32,000 bases of DNA from Vibrio vulnificus CMCP6 (lineage in GTDB: Bacteria > Pseudomonadota > Gammaproteobacteria > Enterobacterales > Vibrionaceae), in assembly GCF_000039765.1 (NCBI RefSeq), contig NC_004459.3, forward strand, positions 2,151,127 to 2,183,126, in the 5' to 3' direction. Under the pieces are notes generated by a model that was not told where the DNA came from, did not search any database, and worked only from the letters and a program-made list of their open reading frames with translations. Both the position numbers and the translations under genes were made by a program. Shown piece after piece: positions 27,526 through 32,000 of the stretch (within the stretch, counting starts at the first letter, position 1; every line of letters begins with the position of its first letter).

Positions 27526-28689
27526 TTGTTTCGTCGTGAGATAGAAGAGCGCGCTCACTGGCGCGCATTGGCAAAGCGGTATGGCTTTGGTTTTCATACC
27601 ATGTATGGGCAACCTTATTGGGATGAATCGGCTTACTACCAATTTAATCTTCAGCAAATCGAACAAGATCTCGAAGCCCCGACAGAAGAGATCCATCAAA
27701 TGTGTCTCTCCATCGTAGATAAAGTGGTTCACAATGAGCAACTCTTAGCTCGTTTTGGCATCCCGCAGCCAATGTGGGAGCAAGTGCGCCTTTCGTGGAT
27801 GATGAATGAGCCTTCACTCTATTCTCGATTGGACTTTGCCTACGCGGGTAACGGGCCTGCAAAGCTCTATGAGAACAACGCTGACACCCCGACATCGCTA
27901 TTTGAAACCGCGTTTTGGCAATGGTTGTGGCTAGAGGATGTGGTGAATCAAGGCTGTGTGAGTCGCCGCGCGGATCAATTCAATATACTTCAAGATTTTT
28001 TGATTGAACGTTTTCGACAAATTGCCCGCTTTCAGCCGGGGCAAACACTGCATTTCAGTTGCTGTAAAGAGACAGAAGAAGATCGAGCCACGGTGCAATA
28101 CCTTGAAGATTGTGCCAAGGAAGCTGGTTTGCAAACGGCGTTTGTCTTTATTGAAGACATTGGTATCGACAGCCGATCTTGTTTTGTAGACGCTGAAAAC
28201 CGCGTTATTCGCTGGATGTTTAAACTGTACCCTTGGGAAGAGATGTTTTCTGATGAATACAGCCGTTTTCTTTCTGAGGCAAAAGTGAACTGGCTGGAGC
28301 CAATGTGGAAGTCCGTATTGTCAAACAAAGCGTTACTGCCTTTGCTATGGCAAGAGTTCGAGGGGCATCCCAACCTGCTGCCTGCCTATTTTAGCGATGA
28401 TCCAAAAGCAAGCTCGCTGAAAGATTTCGTCATCAAGCCATTGTTTTCTCGTGAAGGCGCGAATATTGAAATTGTCCGCAATGGTAAAACCCATCACAAG
28501 ACAGAAGGGCCGTATGGTGAAGGACGTTTCATCGTTCAACAGTATTGCCCGCTTCCGAAATTTGGCAATAGCCACACATTGATCGGCAGTTGGTTGGTGA
28601 ATGATAAAGCTGCTGGTATTTCCATTCGTGAGGATTCCAGCATCATTACTCAAGATCTTGCTCGTTACTTGCCACATGTGATCTTATGA
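27526..28689 (+). CDS. yjfC: glutathionylspermidine synthase-family ATP-grasp amidoligase (YjfC-like)
   Basis: 'YWDESAYYQF', 'LYSRLDFAYAGNGPAKLYENNADTPTSLFE', 'WLEPMWKSVLSNKALLPLLW' and 'SREGANIEI' match the GSP-synthetase pre-ATP-grasp/ATP-grasp family. TTG 27526 has GAGG 8 nt upstream and gives 387 aa. GTG 27481 is an alternative start that would overlap yjfM. Confidence 0.85.
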   Translation: MFRREIEERAHWRALAKRYGFGFHTMYGQPYWDESAYYQFNLQQIEQDLEAPTEEIHQMCLSIVDKVVHNEQLLARFGIPQPMWEQVRLSWMMNEPSLYSRLDFAYAGNGPAKLYENNADTPTSLFETAFWQWLWLEDVVNQGCVSRRADQFNILQDFLIERFRQIARFQPGQTLHFSCCKETEEDRATVQYLEDCAKEAGLQTAFVFIEDIGIDSRSCFVDAENRVIRWMFKLYPWEEMFSDEYSRFLSEAKVNWLEPMWKSVLSNKALLPLLWQEFEGHPNLLPAYFSDDPKASSLKDFVIKPLFSREGANIEIVRNGKTHHKTEGPYGEGRFIVQQYCPLPKFGNSHTLIGSWLVNDKAAGISIREDSSIITQDLARYLPHVIL

Positions 28690-28717
28690 GCATTGGAAAG
28701 GCGTAATTTTTCAGCCG

Positions 28718-28757
28718 AAAACAAAGACCCCAGCTTATTGACTGGGGTCTTTGTTTT
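28718..28757. terminator. bidirectional rho-independent terminator (perfect 16-bp stem)
   Basis: AAAACAAAGACCCCAG (28718-28733), an 8-nt loop, CTGGGGTCTTTGTTTT (28742-28757). A-run and T-run arms allow termination for both convergent genes. Confidence 0.85.
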
Positions 28758-28774
28758 ATAGGGTATTGATGGCG

Positions 28775-29344
28775 TTACTGTTCGTCTGCCAGCATCACGC
28801 CACGCTGAGTCAGTCCACACAGCATCATTGGCATGGCATTGAAGATCTCAGCAAATTGATCCAACCCGTCAAAACCTTGCTCGCTTAATGTTGCGATGGT
28901 GGTCTCTGGATCGTACAGCATGGTCAGAGACAGCAGCACACCGCCGAGCAAGGCGTTTTCTTCGCTGTGTTCCGGCATCAGCGTTTCCCAATCATCACGG
29001 GCTAATTGCCAGCCTTGCAACAGGCCTTCGCAGAAATCGCGCGTTGCTTCGTTAACAATCTCTGCTTCGTCTAGCGCGCACTCTTCTGGCCATTGCCAAG
29101 TGCCCTCAATCAACGCTGGGCGAGCTTGATTCCAAAGATTCACGATGGCATCAATATAGCTTTCGAGTTGTTCACCATCGAGGAAAGGAGCCGTTTCTTC
29201 ACCACCCCAAAGGAACGGAAGCCATTCGTTTGGAGGAAGAATGTTTGGCGCAGCGGCCATTGAGGTCACGAAACCTTGAGTTTTTGCGTGATTGAGCAGT
29301 TTGCCTTCAAGTTCAGGGAGAGCGATTATGTTGTGTAAATTCAA
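28775..29344 (-). CDS. UPF0149 (YgfB/YecA N-terminal domain) family protein
   Basis: 189-aa acidic protein. 'GFVTSMAAAPNILPPNEWLPFLWGG' and 'FCEGLLQGW' are typical of the UPF0149 family (from memory). There is no C-terminal SEC-C Cys motif. It uses a TTG start with no clear SD, so the 5' end is uncertain. Confidence 0.7.
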   Translation of the reverse strand: MNLHNIIALPELEGKLLNHAKTQGFVTSMAAAPNILPPNEWLPFLWGGEETAPFLDGEQLESYIDAIVNLWNQARPALIEGTWQWPEECALDEAEIVNEATRDFCEGLLQGWQLARDDWETLMPEHSEENALLGGVLLSLTMLYDPETTIATLSEQGFDGLDQFAEIFNAMPMMLCGLTQRGVMLADEQ

Positions 29345-29390
29345 AATAGAATACCGTCTGATCTAATAAATGCGCGTGATGCGCCATCTT

Positions 29391-29416
29391 ACCAAGCAAA
29401 ACCTGACCAAGCAAAA
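29391..29416. repeat. direct repeat ACCAAGCAAAA x2 with 15-bp period
   Basis: Identical 11-mers at 29391-29401 and 29406-29416. A degenerate third copy, GCCAAGCGAGAAAA, lies at 29431-29444. All sit in the divergent intergenic region upstream of the hybrid kinase. Confidence 0.6.
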
Positions 29417-29571
29417 TGTAGAGACAAAAGGCCAAGCGAGAAAATCCTCACGAGAGCGATCACGATAATGGCACTTTCTTGATCCAGTTAGCGCTAAGGA
29501 ATAACAGTATGCATTTTGCTGAAAATTGGGTATACACTTAAGCGAGACAACAGGGAAAGTATTGATAAATT

Positions 29572-31989
29572 ATGAGAATACGCTCGTCACTTCGGAAAAA
29601 AAGCATCTATGCACTGAGTCTCTATTTGTGCTTTTTCATCGCCACAATAGGCAGTGTTGCTTATTTGGTGGTGGAACCGCCGGTGCGCAGCAATATCGAG
29701 AGAAATCTCGATCTCAGGACAGAGTTGCTTGCCTCACAAATCAAATCTCCGTTTAATCGCGCCGTGGGCGTGCTTAACAGCCTGGTCGGCGTGGCCCAAA
29801 GCCAGCAAAAGGGCACGAACCAACCACAAATCCTCGGAAGAATTATTGCCAGTAGCGATCAAGTCATCGCCAGTGGTGGCGTATGGCCGGAGCCGCAGCA
29901 AATTGACGGCTCACTGCGCTATGTCAGTCTGTTTTTCAATAAAGGAGAGGATGGTCGCATCGAGCAGATCCACTCTTACAACAATCCTGAATCTAGCGGC
30001 TATCACACGGAAAGTTGGTATTTATCGGTCGTCAATTTGCCAGAAAACAGCGTCGCTTGGTCAAACGTATACACCGACCCTTACACGCAAGTTCAGATGA
30101 TCACTGCCTCTCAGCCTTATTTTATTGATGGTGAGTTTGCAGGTGTGGCAACCGTTGATATCTCACTAGAAACGCTTTTCGATTTCGTTAAAGGTCATAC
30201 TGAGAAATATCAACTTGGTGTGTCAATTTCTGACCCTGGTGGTAAGTTGTTGCTTGAGCATGCTTTTCATCTCACACGCGATCGCTATATCAGTGAAATT
30301 GAAGTGGCCGATATTGGTTGGCGTGTCCGCGTTATCAACTCGCAATTGACCGTGTCTGATGAAGTGTTTGGCCAAGTGATGAGGGTAGAAGCAGGTATTC
30401 TTCCTTTCCTTCTGATTTGTGTTTTGGTGGGCTATTACACACTGAATCGATACGTGATTAAGCCCATCATCTCGATTGCGAAGAAAGTGGATGTGTCTAA
30501 AACGGGCGGTATTATCGACATTCACTATGACAGTGAAGACGAAATCAAACACCTAATCGAAACCATCAATGAGAAAACCGTCTATTTGGAAGCCGAGAAA
30601 GTCAAAGCCCAAGCCTCAACCAACGCTAAAACGGCCTTTTTGGCCACGCTCTCCCATGAAATTCGTACCCCGATGAACGGTGTGCTTGGTACGGCACAGA
30701 TCTTACTAAAAACGCCATTAAACGAAGAACAACGTAAGCATCTCAAAACCCTCTATGATTCCGGTGATCACATGATGACGTTGCTCAACGAAATTCTCGA
30801 TTACTCGAAAATAGAGCAGGGGCATATGGAGTTTGATAACAATCCTTTCCCATTTGACTCCATCATTGGCAGTGTTAACAGCGTTTACTACACCTTATGT
30901 GCCGAGAAAGGCCTGCAGTTTAAAGTGTACACAACGGTACCAACGGGCCGCTGGTATTGCGCAGACAAAGCACGCCTGCGCCAAGTGTTATTCAATCTGC
31001 TCAATAACGCCGTGAAGTTTACCGCAAGAGGCTTGGTGGAAGTGTATTTTGAAGAGCACACAAGGGAGCAAGCCAACTATCTATCAATCAAAGTAAAAGA
31101 CACCGGCATCGGGATCCCTGAGTCGGCGCAAAAACGCATCTTCCGACCTTTTGAGCAGGCTGAATCGTCAACCACTCGCCGTTTTGGTGGTACAGGGCTT
31201 GGCCTCGCCATCGTCAAACAAATTGCTGAACAGATGGGCGGCAGTGTTGCTGTGTCTAGCCAAGTAGGATTAGGAACCTGTTTTACGGTTGAGCTGGCTT
31301 TGGAATGCACCTCACCAGAAACGGAGAGCCCTGAGCCAAGATACAAGCTCAACTATCAGGGGTTACGAGCACTGATTGTTGAAGATAACCGGACCAACGC
31401 CATCATCATCGAAACCTTCTTAAGGAATAAAGGCTTCAGCTGTGAACGTGTGGAGAATGGAGAGCAGGCGATAGCGTGCGTAACACAGCACCCGTTTGAT
31501 CTGATACTGATGGACAACCATATGCCCGTTATGGATGGTATTGAAGCGATTACCGCGATTCGTGCCATGGACTCACCTTGTCGACATACCTTGATTTTTG
31601 GCTGTACCGCCGACGTGTTTAAAGAAACCCGAGAGCGCATGTTAGGGGTAGGGGCGGATCATATTATCGCCAAGCCAATAGTAGAAGCCGAACTGGATGA
31701 TGCTTTATTCCAACACGCGAAACTTTTGTACCAGTTTCGAGCAGAAGATGTGCAAGCACAAGTTGAAGAGCAATCGATAGAATCACTTCTCGTCGGTTTC
31801 TATATCGCGATAGAAAACGGGGAACTTACTCAAGCGCACAACGCGATCAGCCAAATTCGCGGCCAGCACAAAGACGCGATCGAGCCTGCATTGGCACAAT
31901 CACTCGCCAGAATTGAACAGCAACTGAGCGAGAATAAACAACCAGATCAAGAAGAAATCAACCTGCTGACCGTGTTGTTGGCGGATTGA
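29572..31989 (+). CDS. hybrid sensor histidine kinase/response regulator with a periplasmic Cache-type domain
   Basis: 805 aa. TM1 is 'IYALSLYLCFFIATIGSVAYLVV'. The ~250-aa periplasmic region carries the Cache-like 'VYTDPYTQVQMITASQPYF'. TM2 is 'ILPFLLICVLVGYYTL'. The kinase core has HisKA 'FLATLSHEIRTPMNG' and HATPase 'NLLNNAVKF', 'DTGIGI', 'GGTGLGLAIV'. The receiver domain has 'ALIVEDN...DLILMDNHMPVMDG...IIAKP'. A ~90-aa helical tail follows, with no obvious HPt HxxKG motif. Confidence 0.92.
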   Translation: MRIRSSLRKKSIYALSLYLCFFIATIGSVAYLVVEPPVRSNIERNLDLRTELLASQIKSPFNRAVGVLNSLVGVAQSQQKGTNQPQILGRIIASSDQVIASGGVWPEPQQIDGSLRYVSLFFNKGEDGRIEQIHSYNNPESSGYHTESWYLSVVNLPENSVAWSNVYTDPYTQVQMITASQPYFIDGEFAGVATVDISLETLFDFVKGHTEKYQLGVSISDPGGKLLLEHAFHLTRDRYISEIEVADIGWRVRVINSQLTVSDEVFGQVMRVEAGILPFLLICVLVGYYTLNRYVIKPIISIAKKVDVSKTGGIIDIHYDSEDEIKHLIETINEKTVYLEAEKVKAQASTNAKTAFLATLSHEIRTPMNGVLGTAQILLKTPLNEEQRKHLKTLYDSGDHMMTLLNEILDYSKIEQGHMEFDNNPFPFDSIIGSVNSVYYTLCAEKGLQFKVYTTVPTGRWYCADKARLRQVLFNLLNNAVKFTARGLVEVYFEEHTREQANYLSIKVKDTGIGIPESAQKRIFRPFEQAESSTTRRFGGTGLGLAIVKQIAEQMGGSVAVSSQVGLGTCFTVELALECTSPETESPEPRYKLNYQGLRALIVEDNRTNAIIIETFLRNKGFSCERVENGEQAIACVTQHPFDLILMDNHMPVMDGIEAITAIRAMDSPCRHTLIFGCTADVFKETRERMLGVGADHIIAKPIVEAELDDALFQHAKLLYQFRAEDVQAQVEEQSIESLLVGFYIAIENGELTQAHNAISQIRGQHKDAIEPALAQSLARIEQQLSENKQPDQEEINLLTVLLAD

Positions 31990-32000
31990 GTTATTTAATG

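Noticed and set aside
29370-29468. 32-codon very basic ORF 'MRVMRHLTKQNLTKQNVETKGQARKSSRERSR' in the intergenic region
   Set aside because: It has no Shine-Dalgarno sequence. Its repeat-derived sequence (TKQN x2) comes from the 15-bp direct repeat. Nothing supports translation.
29469-29484. Sigma54-like element TGGCAC-N5-TTGAT upstream of the hybrid kinase
   Set aside because: The -24 half (TGGCAC) is good. The -12 half is displaced by one base and lacks the GC dinucleotide (TTGA instead of TTGC). No enhancer-binding protein gene is nearby, so this is probably a chance match.

Overview
This window looks like a core-chromosome segment of a Vibrio-like gammaproteobacterium. That call is inferred from the protein sequences and from gene order shared with E. 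coli; the species cannot be determined from the sequence alone. No rRNA, tRNA, CRISPR array, IS element, transposase, integrase or prophage gene was found.

Gene order, left to right:
- Aldehyde dehydrogenase (5' partial), followed by a GMC oxidoreductase broken by a 1-nt frameshift in a G5 run.
- A minus-strand triad: lipoprotein retropepsin-like protease, Cys-free transglutaminase-like/7TM protein, RimK-like ATP-grasp ligase.
- cmoB and cmoA (minus strand), separated by a perfect 14 x 7-bp tandem repeat.
- yecE (DUF72), then aspS and ruvC.
- A multi-TM methyl-accepting chemotaxis protein sitting between ruvC and ruvAB.
- ruvA, ruvB, then a 460-bp regulatory region with two perfect FNR boxes.
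- cydA, cydB, cydX (35 aa, absent from the ORF track), ybgE, ybgC, tolQ, tolR, tolA, tolB, pal, cpoB, nadA.
- A four-gene operon: 2TM K+ channel, DUF350 (YjfL-like), DUF1190 (YjfM-like), glutathionylspermidine-synthase-like ATP-grasp (YjfC-like).
- A UPF0149/YecA-family gene (minus strand), then a Cache-domain hybrid histidine kinase/response regulator.

Most of the window is ordinary housekeeping. The candidates for poorly understood biology are the two unrelated ATP-grasp 'amidoligase' operons, each wired to membrane proteins (2952-6207 and 25502-28689). Next come the cmoA-cmoB heptamer array, the chemoreceptor inside the ruv cluster, and the hybrid kinase.

All family assignments come from reading motifs in the translations and from remembered homologies. 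No database search was run.
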